From positions 7,480 to 71,479 of the forward strand of contig JBAZUU010000004.1 of the NCBI GenBank assembly GCA_041661275.1: a stretch of 64,000 bases of DNA. Reading direction: 5' to 3'. Made by a program: the position numbers and the translations under genes. The stretch comes from Parcubacteria group bacterium. Lineage in GTDB: Bacteria > Patescibacteriota > Minisyncoccia > Moranbacterales > UBA2206. Shown in pieces: positions 9,332 through 19,057 of this stretch. The notes under the pieces were generated by a model that saw only the letters and a program-made list of their open reading frames with translations, was not told the origin of the DNA and did no database searches. Every line of letters starts with the position of its first letter. Within the stretch, counting starts at the first letter, position 1.

Positions 9332-9477
9332 AAAACAAGCCATGGCCCATAACGGGCGACGCTTGTTTTTCGCAGGCATTATGAATAATAACACCTGCAA
9401 CAAGAATAGCAGATATATCCTATCTTGTCAACAATTAATACCAGGGCCAGATAATAATTATTTCAGGCGAATAGTTA

Positions 9478-9734
9478 TGAAACTGATTATAAATATCAAC
9501 GATAACAAAGTAAGGGCGATTTTGGCGGAAAAAGGGAAAAATATTGATGAGAAAGGTTTTGATTTGGACAATAATTTGTCGGAAAAGCTTTTGCCAACAG
9601 TTGATAAGGTTCTAAAAAGGCATAAATTAGAGCCAAAAGACTTGAAAAAGGCGGAGTTAGAGTGTAATGTGCCGGATTCCTATACTACATATAGGATAGC
9701 GAAAGCGGTAGCGGACGCTTTGAATTGGAAATAA
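9478..9734 (+). CDS. short TsaB/YeaZ-like N-terminal domain protein (about 85 aa)
   Basis: MKLIININ...LLPTVDKVL...DL...PDSYTTYRIAKAVADAL follows the TsaB N-terminal pattern but stops after about 85 residues; the ORF track starts it at 9234 within upstream sequence that looks non-coding. Confidence 0.35.
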
Positions 9735-9739
9735 CCCCC

Positions 9740-9767
9740 TTGACAGAAATCGGAAAGTCTTTATACT
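9740..9767 (+). promoter_or_regulatory. candidate rpoB promoter (TTGACA-16-TATACT) about 220 bp upstream of the start
   Basis: consensus -35 TTGACA with a near-consensus -10. Confidence 0.35.
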
Positions 9768-9984
9768 TAGAACTACACACTAATCTTGACAAAAAATACG
9801 GGTGGAAAAACTTCATAGGAAATAAATATAAATGCATGAAAGACTGCACCTCAGTTGCGTGTCTTTTGATTTTGTTGTCTGCGGCGATACCAAAAATATT
9901 GCCAATTCATATAAATTAACCATCTTTAATATTTAGCCGTATTCGCGCGTAAATGTCCCTAGATTTTCAGCGGACTAGCGTAAA

Positions 9985-12900
9985 TTGTGGCATAAAACAT
10001 TCATGCTTAAAGTTGACAAAAAGCTCAAAGTAAAGAGTACTTTTGGAGCGCAATCATCTCTCGCCAAGCGAAAATTCTTCAAACCGATGTTGATGGTGTC
10101 TCTCCCAAACCTCATCGAAGCCCAAATCAATTCCTATGATTGGCTGCTTGAAGAGGGGATAAAAGAGCTTTTTGAAGAAGTGAATCCTATCAAGGACTTT
10201 ACGGAAAAAGACCTGGAACTATCTCTCAAGGACTATTATCTGGACGATCCGAAATACGATGAGGTGACAGCCAAAAGCAAGAATATTTCATATGAAGCGC
10301 CATTGCGTGCCAAAGTTCAGTTAGTCATCAAAAAGACCGGCGAGATAAAAGAGCAGGAAATATACCTGGGCGATTTTCCTTTGATGACCGATCGCGGAAC
10401 TTTCATTATTAACGGTGTGGAAAGAGTGGTGGTTAGCCAGATCATCAGAAGCCCCGGTGTGTTTTTCACTATGGATTATCAAAAAGGACGAAAACTTTTT
10501 GGAGCGAAAATTATTCCTAACCGTGGAGCCTGGCTGGAAATGGAAACTGATCTTGACGGAGCAATATCCGTGAAGATCGACCGCAAAAGAAAAGTGCCGA
10601 TAACCTCGCTTTTGCGGGCTTTTGGCTATTCTACCGACAAAGAATTGGTGGATCTTTTTGCCGATGTGAACAAGGGCGAAGTTAACCATATCGAAGCTAC
10701 TATTGCCAAAGATACAGCTAAAAACCAAGGAGAAGGATATAAGGAAGTATATAAAAGAATACGACCGGGCGATCTAGCGACAGAATCCAATGCCAAATCA
10801 GTCATTGATTCTATGTTTTTCAACTTTGAAAAATATGACTTTGGATCAGTTGGGCGATATCGTCTCAACCAAAGATTGGAACTGGACAAGCCGGATGATG
10901 AGGCGCACCGAGTGCTTACTCGAGAGGATTTGATTTTAATAATAAAAGAAATTATCAAACTTAATAATAATCCAATGGCGGTGGCTGATGATATTGATCA
11001 CTTGGGAAATCGTCGAGTCCGTTCTATTGGAGAACTAGTACAAAATAAATTGCGAGTAGGATTGGCCAGGACCGCTAGAAATATCAAAGACCGAATGAGT
11101 ACCTGTGATATCACGATTGTTGTCCCGGGCCAACTAGTCAATTCTCGACCAATAGCCGCTTCTATCAAGGAATTCTTCTCCTCTTCGCAGCTTTCTCAAT
11201 TTATGGACCAGGTCAATCCCTTGGCGGAGCTGGAGCATAAAAGAAGAATTTCGGCGATGGGACCAGGCGGACTTACTCGAGAACGAGCCGGATTTGAAGT
11301 GCGAGACGTACACAATTCCCACTATGGTCGCATTTGTCCAGTGGAAACTCCGGAAGGTCCGAACATTGGACTTGTCGGACACCTGGCGACATATACGAAA
11401 ATAAACGAATATGGATTTTTAGAAACGCCATATCTCAAAATTTATCATGAAGTGGAAAATAAAGAAGAAGTGCTTTTAAATAAAATTCTGGACGAGGCAG
11501 TGGCTGGAGGAAAACCGGGAACTATGATTGATGAAAAATTGGCTAAAGCTATTGTCAAAGAAAAATCCAAAAAAACTATAAAAATCCGTCCGTGGGTCTC
11601 TCATGAGATTGATTATATCAATGCTACCGTCGAAGACCGAAAAAGCATCACTCACGCCGGTGTCCCTATGGATGAGCATGGAAATATTCTGGCTGAAGCA
11701 GTGGGAGCGCGTGTTAAAGGACGAACAACTGAAATTGAAACGAAAAAATTGGATTACATTGATGTGTCAGCTAAGCAATGCATTTCTGTCGCCACCTCTC
11801 TTATCCCATTTTTGGAACACGATGACGCTAACCGAGCTCTTATGGGTTCCAACATGCAGCGTCAAGCAGTGTCTTGTGTGAAACCGGAAGCACCAGTTGT
11901 TGGAACAGGAATTGAGGACAAAGCAGCGGCCGATTCTGGGCAGGTGGTTATTGCTAAGATGGATGGTGAAATAGTGGAAGTGGATTCTGATCATGTGGTT
12001 GTCAAAGAAGCCGCGCCAGCCGGAGCAAAAAAGCCATATATCAAACGTGAATATCGCCTGCAAAGCTTTGTAAAATCCAACGCTTTTACCTCGATGAACC
12101 AGATTCCACGAGTGAAAAAGGGCGATGTAGTGAAAAAGGGGCAACTTTTGGCTGATGGTGCTTCAACTGACCATGGAGAGCTGGCGCTCGGACAAAATAT
12201 TTTGGTGGCTTTTATTCCCTGGGAAGGGTTCAACTATGAAGACGCTATCATAATTTCAGAAAAACTAGTGCAGGACGACCGATATTCCTCAATTCACATT
12301 GAAGACTTTTCTATTGATGTCCGTGACACTAAACTTGGACCGGAAATCGTCACACGTGACATCCCAAACATCGGAGAAGAACGTCTCAAAAACTTAGATG
12401 AAACTGGAATTATCCGCATTGGTGCCGAAGTTACTTCTGGCGATATTCTCGTTGGAAAAATTTCTCCGAAAGGTGAAGGTGATCTGACTTCGGAAGAGCG
12501 TTTGCTTCGAGCAATATTTGGCGAAAAATCAAGAGACGTCAAAGACTCATCGCTCTATCTGCCTCACGGCGAATATGGAAAAGTAGTGGATATCAAGATA
12601 TTTTCCCGTGAACAGGGCGACAAACTATCGACTGGTGTTATCCAACAGATCCAGGTGTCTGTGGCGCAACTCAAAAAAATATCGGTCGGTGACAAACTAG
12701 CCGGACGACACGGAAACAAGGGTGTTATTTCGAAAGTGGCTCCAGTGGAAGACATGCCGCATCTGGCGGATGGAACACCAGTGGATATGATTTTAAACCC
12801 GCTGGGAGTAGCCAGCCGTATGAACATTGGTCAGATTTTGGAAACCCATCTTGGCTGGGCAGCTTGGAAATTGGGATATAAAGCGGCGACGCCAGCCTTG

Positions 12901-13422
12901 GACGGAGTAACGGAAACTCAAATAAAGGAAGAATTGAAAAAGGCCGATTTGCCAGAATCCGGAAAAGTGAAACTGATAAACGGACGAACTGGTGAATATT
13001 TTGCCAACCCAGCTACAGTGGGAGTCATGTATGTCATGAAACTTCACCACCTGGTTGATGACAAGATTCACATGCGTTCTATTGGTCCATATTCTCTCAT
13101 TACCCAGCAACCTCTTGGTGGAAAAGCGCAGTTTGGCGGTCAGCGGTTCGGAGAAATGGAAGTATGGGCGCTTGAAGGTTATGGCGCTGCTTATACTTTA
13201 CAGGAAATGCTGACGATAAAATCCGATGATGTGATGGGACGTTCGAAAGCTTATGAATCAATCATCAAGGGAGAAATGATAAAGAGTCCTAATATCCCGG
13301 CATCTTTCCATGTGTTGGTTTCAGAATTAAAAGGACTTGGTCTTAATGTTGAGCTGATGGGAGAACAGAAAGTCAGAAATGAAAATGACATTGAACCAGA
13401 TGAAGATGTGACCCAGGCTTAA
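9985..13422 (+). CDS. rpoB: DNA-directed RNA polymerase subunit beta
   Basis: 1145-aa ORF with conserved RpoB blocks (KRKFF..., GDFPLMTDRGTFIINGVERVVVSQ, GPGGLTRERAGFEVRDVH, NMQRQAV). The exact start is ambiguous between 9985 and 10003. Confidence 0.95.
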   Translation: MWHKTFMLKVDKKLKVKSTFGAQSSLAKRKFFKPMLMVSLPNLIEAQINSYDWLLEEGIKELFEEVNPIKDFTEKDLELSLKDYYLDDPKYDEVTAKSKNISYEAPLRAKVQLVIKKTGEIKEQEIYLGDFPLMTDRGTFIINGVERVVVSQIIRSPGVFFTMDYQKGRKLFGAKIIPNRGAWLEMETDLDGAISVKIDRKRKVPITSLLRAFGYSTDKELVDLFADVNKGEVNHIEATIAKDTAKNQGEGYKEVYKRIRPGDLATESNAKSVIDSMFFNFEKYDFGSVGRYRLNQRLELDKPDDEAHRVLTREDLILIIKEIIKLNNNPMAVADDIDHLGNRRVRSIGELVQNKLRVGLARTARNIKDRMSTCDITIVVPGQLVNSRPIAASIKEFFSSSQLSQFMDQVNPLAELEHKRRISAMGPGGLTRERAGFEVRDVHNSHYGRICPVETPEGPNIGLVGHLATYTKINEYGFLETPYLKIYHEVENKEEVLLNKILDEAVAGGKPGTMIDEKLAKAIVKEKSKKTIKIRPWVSHEIDYINATVEDRKSITHAGVPMDEHGNILAEAVGARVKGRTTEIETKKLDYIDVSAKQCISVATSLIPFLEHDDANRALMGSNMQRQAVSCVKPEAPVVGTGIEDKAAADSGQVVIAKMDGEIVEVDSDHVVVKEAAPAGAKKPYIKREYRLQSFVKSNAFTSMNQIPRVKKGDVVKKGQLLADGASTDHGELALGQNILVAFIPWEGFNYEDAIIISEKLVQDDRYSSIHIEDFSIDVRDTKLGPEIVTRDIPNIGEERLKNLDETGIIRIGAEVTSGDILVGKISPKGEGDLTSEERLLRAIFGEKSRDVKDSSLYLPHGEYGKVVDIKIFSREQGDKLSTGVIQQIQVSVAQLKKISVGDKLAGRHGNKGVISKVAPVEDMPHLADGTPVDMILNPLGVASRMNIGQILETHLGWAAWKLGYKAATPALDGVTETQIKEELKKADLPESGKVKLINGRTGEYFANPATVGVMYVMKLHHLVDDKIHMRSIGPYSLITQQPLGGKAQFGGQRFGEMEVWALEGYGAAYTLQEMLTIKSDDVMGRSKAYESIIKGEMIKSPNIPASFHVLVSELKGLGLNVELMGEQKVRNENDIEPDEDVTQA

Positions 13423-13456
13423 TCTTAATTAGAATTAATTTTATTTATAACTTTTT

Positions 13457-16400
13457 ATGGAATCAATATCCAACACTAAAATAAGCGATTTTGACTCGGT
13501 GCGGTTGAAACTGGCTTCTCCTGAGGAGATCTTGACCTGGTCTCATGGAGAAGTGACAAAACCAGAAACGATCAACTATCGAACCCAGCGCTATGAAAAA
13601 GATGGGCTTTTTGACGAGCGTATTTTTGGACCATCACGGGATTGGGAATGTTATTGCGGAAAATACAAGAGAATCAGATATAAAGGGATAGTCTGCGACA
13701 AGTGCGGTGTAGAAGTAACTCGGTCAATTGTGAGACGGGAAAGAATGGGACATATAAAATTAGCTACGCCAGTTTCCCACATCTGGTTTTTGCGCGGAGT
13801 GCCATCAAAAATTGGCCTGGCTCTTGGAATGGGCGTGCAAGACTTGGAGCGGGTCATCTATTTTTCCAGCTATATCGTGCACAATGTTGATGAAGAGCAA
13901 AGAGAACGGGTAATGAATCAGCTGGACACAGAATTCAAAACTAAACAGAAAGAAATTGCCAAAAATTTTGGCGCCAACGAAAAAGAATTGAAAGAAAAAA
14001 CGGAAGAATTGAAAGGCGCTTACAAAACCCTGAAAGATGAGCTAAAAAGTCTTCATCGACTGAAAATTATTTCCGAAGTTGAGTATTTCAATCTTTCCAC
14101 CCGTTTTGGACAGGTCTTTACGGCGGGAATTGGAGCGGAATCTATTAGGAAAATTTTGGAAGGAATAGATCTCAAAAAAGAAGTAGATACTCTCAAAAAA
14201 GAACTTTTGAAAGAAGAAGTTTCCGACAAAAAGAAAATATTGAAAAGAATAAAGCTTTTTAAGGGATTTATAAACGCTGGACTGCATTTGGAATGGATGC
14301 TACCGATCGCTATCCCGGTTATTCCGCCGGATTTGAGACCAATGGTGGCGTTAGATGGTGGACGATTTGCTACGTCTGATCTTAATGATCTATATAGAAG
14401 AATCATCAACCGGAATAATCGCTTGAAAAAACTGATTGAAATCGGAGCGCCAGAAGTGATTACTCGAAACGAAAAAAGAATGTTGCAAGAAGCAGTGGAT
14501 GCACTTTTTGACAACAGTGCCAGACGCTCTCAAGTTTCCGTGGCCGCTTCAACTGGGCAAAGACGAGCGCTTCGTTCTCTTGCTGATACCCTAAAGGGAA
14601 AACAAGGACGATTTCGTCAGAACCTACTGGGAAAACGAGTAGATTATTCCGGACGATCAGTAATTGTGGTCGGACCAAAACTAAAACTTCATCAGTGTGG
14701 AATTCCGAAAAAAATGGGGCTGGAACTTTTCAAGCCGTTTATTATCAATAAACTGATCGAAAGAGAACTGGCATATAACGTGAGATCAGCCGGAAAAATG
14801 GTGGAAGCGGAGGCGGAAGAGGCCTATGACATCCTGGACGAGATTATTTCTCATCACTACGTTCTTCTTAACCGCGCTCCGACCCTGCACCGTCTGTCCA
14901 TTCAGGCTTTCCAGCCAGTGCTCATTGAAGGAAAAGCTATCCAAATTCATCCAATGGTTTGTTCAGCTTTCAACGCGGACTTCGATGGTGACCAGATGGC
15001 GGTACACGTTCCACTGACTGACAAAGCCAGGTGGGAAAGCGGCAATCTGATGCTTTCCGCCAAGAACCTTTTGAAGCCAGCGAGCGGCGATCCAATCACC
15101 ACTCCGACTTTGGATATGGTTTTGGGTTGCTATTACATCACTCACATCTCACCCAATGCCAAAGGAGAAGGAAAAATGTTTTCAACTTACGAAGAGGCGA
15201 TAATGGCGTGTGAATTGGGTCATGTCGATATTAGAGCCAAAATTAAGGTTTTGCATGACAATGAAGTTTTGGAAACTTCCATCGGAAGGATCAAGCTCAA
15301 TCTCATCATGCCCGAAGGATTTGAATATATTAATCACGAGATGACCAAGAAAGAATTGAAAGTGCTGGTAGCAAGAGTTCTAGAACTAAAAGGTCAGGAA
15401 GAAGCTGCTCAATTTGTGGACAGGATAAAAGACTTGGGATTTGAGTCGGTCACCAACTCCGGAATTTCTTGGGGGATGGACGACTTGATTGTGCCTGCAG
15501 GCAAAAAAGATATCATGATCGAAGCGGAAAAACAAGTAGAAACTGTCAAAAAGCAATATAATATGGGACTCCTGACTGAAGAAGAAAGAAAAGACAAGGT
15601 AATTGAGATTTGGAATGATTCCAAAAACAAAATTACTGATCTGGTGCGCGCCGGAATGGACAAAGAGGGTCCGGTATATTCCATGGTCTATTCCAAAGCC
15701 AGAGGTTCCGAATCAGTGGTGGTGCAGATGTCCGGAATGAAAGGTCTTATGGCCGGTCCAACCGGAGAAACGATCGAACTTCCGGTTAAGAGCTCTTTCA
15801 AAGAAGGACTGAACGTTTTGGAATATTTTATTTCTACTCACGGCGCCCGAAAAGGTATGGCTGACACCGCTCTTCGAACGGCGACTGCTGGATATCTGAC
15901 TAGACGCCTTGTTGACGTGGCGCAGGATGTTATTGTTCGGGAAAAAGATTGTCATGATAAAAATGGCGCTTTCATGTATAAAGAAGATTCTGATCGAATT
16001 GGCCAGAGCTTTGCCGCCAGGATCATTGGTCGTGTTCTTTTGGAAGACGCTGTTGATCCAAAGACCGGAGAAGTTGTCGCCGCTAAGGGTGATATGATTT
16101 CCAAGATTCAGGGTGAGCAAATTGAAAAAGCCAATATGGACAAATTGAAGGTTCGATCGATTATCACTTGCAAAACTGCCCGTGGAGTGTGCCAGAAATG
16201 CTATGGAATGGACTTAGGACGTGGACATTTGGTGGAAATCGGTCAAGCTGTCGGAATTGTAGCGGCGCAGGCCATCGGTGAACCTGGAACGCAGCTTACT
16301 ATGCGTACCTTTCACATCGGAGGAGTGGCCGGAACAGATATTACTCAAGGTCTTCCCCGAGTGGAAGAAATTTTTGAAGCCCGTCCGCCGAAAGGTGAAT

Positions 16401-17047
16401 CAGTTGTCAGTGAAATCGACGGGAAGGTTTTGGAAATTGAAAATGTCGACAAAAATATTATTGTCAAAATTGAAGCGACTGACAAAAACAAGACAATCAA
16501 AGAATATCAACTTCCAGCTGGAACAACGGTCAAGGTGGCCACTGGTGATTTGGTCGGAAAGGGATCGCAACTCAATGAAGGTCACATCGATCTTAAAAAA
16601 TATTATAAGATCACTGGCTGGGAAGAAGTTTGTCGCTATATCATTCGGGAAATTCAGGAAGTGTATGCATCACAAGGTGAAGGTATCAACGACAAACATA
16701 TTGAAATTATCATTCGTCAGATGTTTTCTCGCATTAATATTTTGACCGAAGGCGATAGTAATTTCTTGGTTGGCGACATCACAGAAATAGACGAATTTAA
16801 TGAAGAAAACACTCGCGTCAAAGAGCGAAATGGCGAAATGGCCAAAGGTGAAAAAATGCTTCTTGGAATCACCAAAGTGGCTCTTTCCACTGAAAGTTTC
16901 CTCTCTGCGGCGTCTTTCATGGAAACCGCCCGCGTGCTCATCAATGCGGCTGTTGCCGGCAAAGAAGACAAGCTGCGCGGTCTCAAAGAAAACGTCATCA
17001 TCGGAAAACTTATTCCAGCAGGGACAGGGTTTCGGAATATAAAGTAG
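13457..17047 (+). CDS. rpoC: DNA-directed RNA polymerase subunit beta'
   Basis: 1196 aa; zinc-binding CYCGKYKRIRYKGIVCDKCGVEV, catalytic NADFDGDQMAVH, and a conserved C-terminus. Confidence 0.95.
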   Translation: MESISNTKISDFDSVRLKLASPEEILTWSHGEVTKPETINYRTQRYEKDGLFDERIFGPSRDWECYCGKYKRIRYKGIVCDKCGVEVTRSIVRRERMGHIKLATPVSHIWFLRGVPSKIGLALGMGVQDLERVIYFSSYIVHNVDEEQRERVMNQLDTEFKTKQKEIAKNFGANEKELKEKTEELKGAYKTLKDELKSLHRLKIISEVEYFNLSTRFGQVFTAGIGAESIRKILEGIDLKKEVDTLKKELLKEEVSDKKKILKRIKLFKGFINAGLHLEWMLPIAIPVIPPDLRPMVALDGGRFATSDLNDLYRRIINRNNRLKKLIEIGAPEVITRNEKRMLQEAVDALFDNSARRSQVSVAASTGQRRALRSLADTLKGKQGRFRQNLLGKRVDYSGRSVIVVGPKLKLHQCGIPKKMGLELFKPFIINKLIERELAYNVRSAGKMVEAEAEEAYDILDEIISHHYVLLNRAPTLHRLSIQAFQPVLIEGKAIQIHPMVCSAFNADFDGDQMAVHVPLTDKARWESGNLMLSAKNLLKPASGDPITTPTLDMVLGCYYITHISPNAKGEGKMFSTYEEAIMACELGHVDIRAKIKVLHDNEVLETSIGRIKLNLIMPEGFEYINHEMTKKELKVLVARVLELKGQEEAAQFVDRIKDLGFESVTNSGISWGMDDLIVPAGKKDIMIEAEKQVETVKKQYNMGLLTEEERKDKVIEIWNDSKNKITDLVRAGMDKEGPVYSMVYSKARGSESVVVQMSGMKGLMAGPTGETIELPVKSSFKEGLNVLEYFISTHGARKGMADTALRTATAGYLTRRLVDVAQDVIVREKDCHDKNGAFMYKEDSDRIGQSFAARIIGRVLLEDAVDPKTGEVVAAKGDMISKIQGEQIEKANMDKLKVRSIITCKTARGVCQKCYGMDLGRGHLVEIGQAVGIVAAQAIGEPGTQLTMRTFHIGGVAGTDITQGLPRVEEIFEARPPKGESVVSEIDGKVLEIENVDKNIIVKIEATDKNKTIKEYQLPAGTTVKVATGDLVGKGSQLNEGHIDLKKYYKITGWEEVCRYIIREIQEVYASQGEGINDKHIEIIIRQMFSRINILTEGDSNFLVGDITEIDEFNEENTRVKERNGEMAKGEKMLLGITKVALSTESFLSAASFMETARVLINAAVAGKEDKLRGLKENVIIGKLIPAGTGFRNIK
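16989..17047 (+). repeat. 59-bp direct repeat, copy 1 (the last 17 codons plus stop of rpoC)
   Basis: identical to 18326-18384: aaaacgtcatcatcggaaaacttattccagcagggacagggtttcggaatataaagtag. Confidence 0.9.
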
Positions 17048-17084
17048 ATTTTAGCTGTTAGCTTATAGCTTTTAGGATAGAAAA

Positions 17085-17110
17085 AAGCCCCGGATTATCC
17101 GGGACTTTTT
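17085..17110 (+). terminator. rho-independent terminator after rpoC (cccgga-tta-tccggg + ttttt)
   Basis: G/C hairpin followed by a T-run. Confidence 0.6.
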
Positions 17111-17122
17111 AATAAGGAAAAC

Positions 17123-17151
17123 TTGACAAATCTTATAATTACTGATAAAAT
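17123..17151 (+). promoter_or_regulatory. promoter TTGACA-17-TAAAAT upstream of the ATPase gene
   Basis: consensus -35 with an AT-rich -10. Confidence 0.4.
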
Positions 17152-17184
17152 TGATAATGTAATCTCATAATTTATAATAATTAT

Positions 17185-18318
17185 ATGAATTATATCCCAA
17201 GATTAATAACAAGTTCCATAGAAAATCGCTTATTTAAGGGAAAAGTCATAATTATCTATGGTGCCAGACAAGTTGGAAAGACCACTTTGGTCAAGAAAAT
17301 TTTAGAAAAATACAGTTCAAGTGGCGATTATTTGAACTGTGAGTTATTATCCGTCCGAAAAGGGCTTTCGGAACCGGAAGCGGTCAAGTTGAAAAAGTTT
17401 CTTGGAAATTATAAAATCATTGTTCTGGATGAAGCTCAAAACATTCCCAATATTGGATTAATTCTCAAAATAATTGTAGATACTTACCCAGAACTGCAGA
17501 TTATTGCTACCGGCTCATCCAGTTTTGATTTAGCGCAAAAAATTTCCGAACCCATGACAGGAAGAACCTTTACTTTTATGCTTTATCCAATTTCGTTAAG
17601 AGAAATTAGACAAAAAGAAAATTTAATCGAAGTAGAGGCAAAACTGGAAAGTTTGTTAAGATTTGGAAGTTACCCGGAAATACTGACTCTAAGTGAAGGT
17701 GAATCCAAGGAGCGTCTCAACGAAATCGCGTCCAAATATTTATATAAAGATATTTTAAGTTTCGAAGGTCTTAAGAAGGCTGATGTTATAAGAAATCTTC
17801 TGGAACTTTTGGCTCTTCAGTTGGGCAATGAAGTTTCTTATAATGAATTGGCCACAAAACTTGGAATTGATCGGTTAACCGTTCTAAAATATATAAATAT
17901 CTTGGAACAATCATTTGTTGTTTTTCGTCTAAGGGCTTTCAGTCGAAATCTTCGAAAAGAGATATCCAAATCGGTTAAAATATATTTTTATGATTTGGGC
18001 GTCAGAAACAGTATAATTGAAAGCTATAACCGGCTAGATGTAAGAAACGACACTGGAGCGTTGTGGGAAAATTTTTGTATCGTGGAAAGAAAGAAAAATA
18101 ACGAAAGCGATTTCCGATTTGTGAATTCATATTTTTGGCGCACATATGATCAAAAAGAAATTGATTATATCGAAGAAAAAGACGGCCAACTTCGTGGATT
18201 TGAATTTAAATGGAACGCGAAAAAGGACATAAAATTACCAAAAGAGTTTATAAAAAGCTACAACGCGACGGTGGAAAAAGTTGATCCGGAAAATTATTGG
18301 AAGTTTTTGAAACTATAA
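17185..18318 (+). CDS. AAA+ ATPase with a C-terminal DUF4143 domain
   Basis: Walker A GARQVGKTT; Walker B IVLDEAQ; C-terminal region typical of DUF4143 proteins. Confidence 0.75.
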   Translation: MNYIPRLITSSIENRLFKGKVIIIYGARQVGKTTLVKKILEKYSSSGDYLNCELLSVRKGLSEPEAVKLKKFLGNYKIIVLDEAQNIPNIGLILKIIVDTYPELQIIATGSSSFDLAQKISEPMTGRTFTFMLYPISLREIRQKENLIEVEAKLESLLRFGSYPEILTLSEGESKERLNEIASKYLYKDILSFEGLKKADVIRNLLELLALQLGNEVSYNELATKLGIDRLTVLKYINILEQSFVVFRLRAFSRNLRKEISKSVKIYFYDLGVRNSIIESYNRLDVRNDTGALWENFCIVERKKNNESDFRFVNSYFWRTYDQKEIDYIEEKDGQLRGFEFKWNAKKDIKLPKEFIKSYNATVEKVDPENYWKFLKL

Positions 18319-18325
18319 CGCGCAA

Positions 18326-18384
18326 AAAACGTCATCATCGGAAAACTTATTCCAGCAGGGACAGGGTTTCGGAATATAAAGTAG
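18326..18384 (+). repeat. 59-bp direct repeat, copy 2 (a non-coding duplicate of the rpoC 3' end)
   Basis: exact copy of 16989-17047; followed by its own hairpin/T-run at 18386-18416. Confidence 0.9.
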
Positions 18385-18460
18385 CTTTTATGGAAAAAAC
18401 GACTTGGCTTATCGTCAGGTCGTTTTTGTTTTGTAGAGTAGTAGTTGACTACAATTCCTT

Positions 18461-18877
18461 ATGATGATACTATATCACTATAAAAACAAAATAATGAAAA
18501 AAGATTTTGTAAAGTGGCAATTAGAAAAAGAAATAATAAATAGCCGAAATAGAGAAATATATTTTCGCGAAAGGCAAATATGGTGGTGTAGCATCGGACT
18601 CAATATTGGTTATGAGCAGGATGGTAAAAATGAACGATTTGAACGCCCGGTTTTGATTTTGAAAAAGTTTAGTAAGGATTTATTTTGGGCTTTGCCAACC
18701 ACCAGCCAAAATAAAACAGGAGCCTATTATTACCAATATAACTATAACGGCAGAAAATACTCCATAATACTTTCGCAATTACGAGCATTGAGTAGTAAGC
18801 GATTATTGAGAAAAATAAGAAAACTGCGGGAAGACGACTTCGAAAAAGTAAAAACTTCCGTAAGAAGTTTGATATAA
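18461..18877 (+). CDS. MazF/PemK-family endoribonuclease toxin-like protein with no adjacent antitoxin
   Basis: RQIWWCSIGLNIGYEQDGKNERFERPVLIL matches the MazF/EndoA block (IYW.DL.P..G.EQ.G.RPVLI); the probable true start is ATG 18494; no antitoxin ORF in the 76-bp upstream gap. Confidence 0.5.
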   Translation: MMILYHYKNKIMKKDFVKWQLEKEIINSRNREIYFRERQIWWCSIGLNIGYEQDGKNERFERPVLILKKFSKDLFWALPTTSQNKTGAYYYQYNYNGRKYSIILSQLRALSSKRLLRKIRKLREDDFEKVKTSVRSLI

Positions 18878-19000
18878 AAAACGAAACCCTCCTTTCGGAG
18901 GGAATCTCGGAGCTTCGAATTGCTTCAAAGCCATTTGTAATGTAATACTACCACAGAGTCAATTTTATTGCAATAGCGGGTTTATTGTCCAGGTAAACCC

Positions 19001-19035
19001 TATTTTGTTGGTCTTTTCCCGCCGGGCGTGTATAA
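19001..19035 (+). promoter_or_regulatory. promoter (ttggtc-17-TATAAT) for the transporter gene
   Basis: consensus -10 at 19030-19035. Confidence 0.35.
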
Positions 19036-19057
19036 TTAGGACAAAATTGAAATTATT

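Noticed and set aside
9725-9919. Small ORF (64 aa) upstream of rpoB
   Set aside because: It overlaps the predicted rpoB promoter and leader and has no SD. It is most likely non-coding 5'-UTR.
10321-16120. Multiple antisense ORFs of 60-180 aa inside rpoB, rpoC, guaA, ftsK, tuf and elsewhere
   Set aside because: These are shadow ORFs opposite strongly conserved genes, with no independent start signals.
17185-18318. DUF4143 ATPase as a transposase or integrase responsible for its own insertion
   Set aside because: It has no recognisable DDE, tyrosine or serine recombinase motifs, only Walker A/B boxes. The mobility mechanism remains unknown. This is reported as a finding and not as a mobile_element feature.
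18886-18903. Hairpin ccctcc-tttc-ggaggg after the mazF-like gene as a rho-independent terminator
   Set aside because: It is a good stem but is not followed by a T-run (aatctcgg), so any terminator call is weak and it is not listed as a feature.
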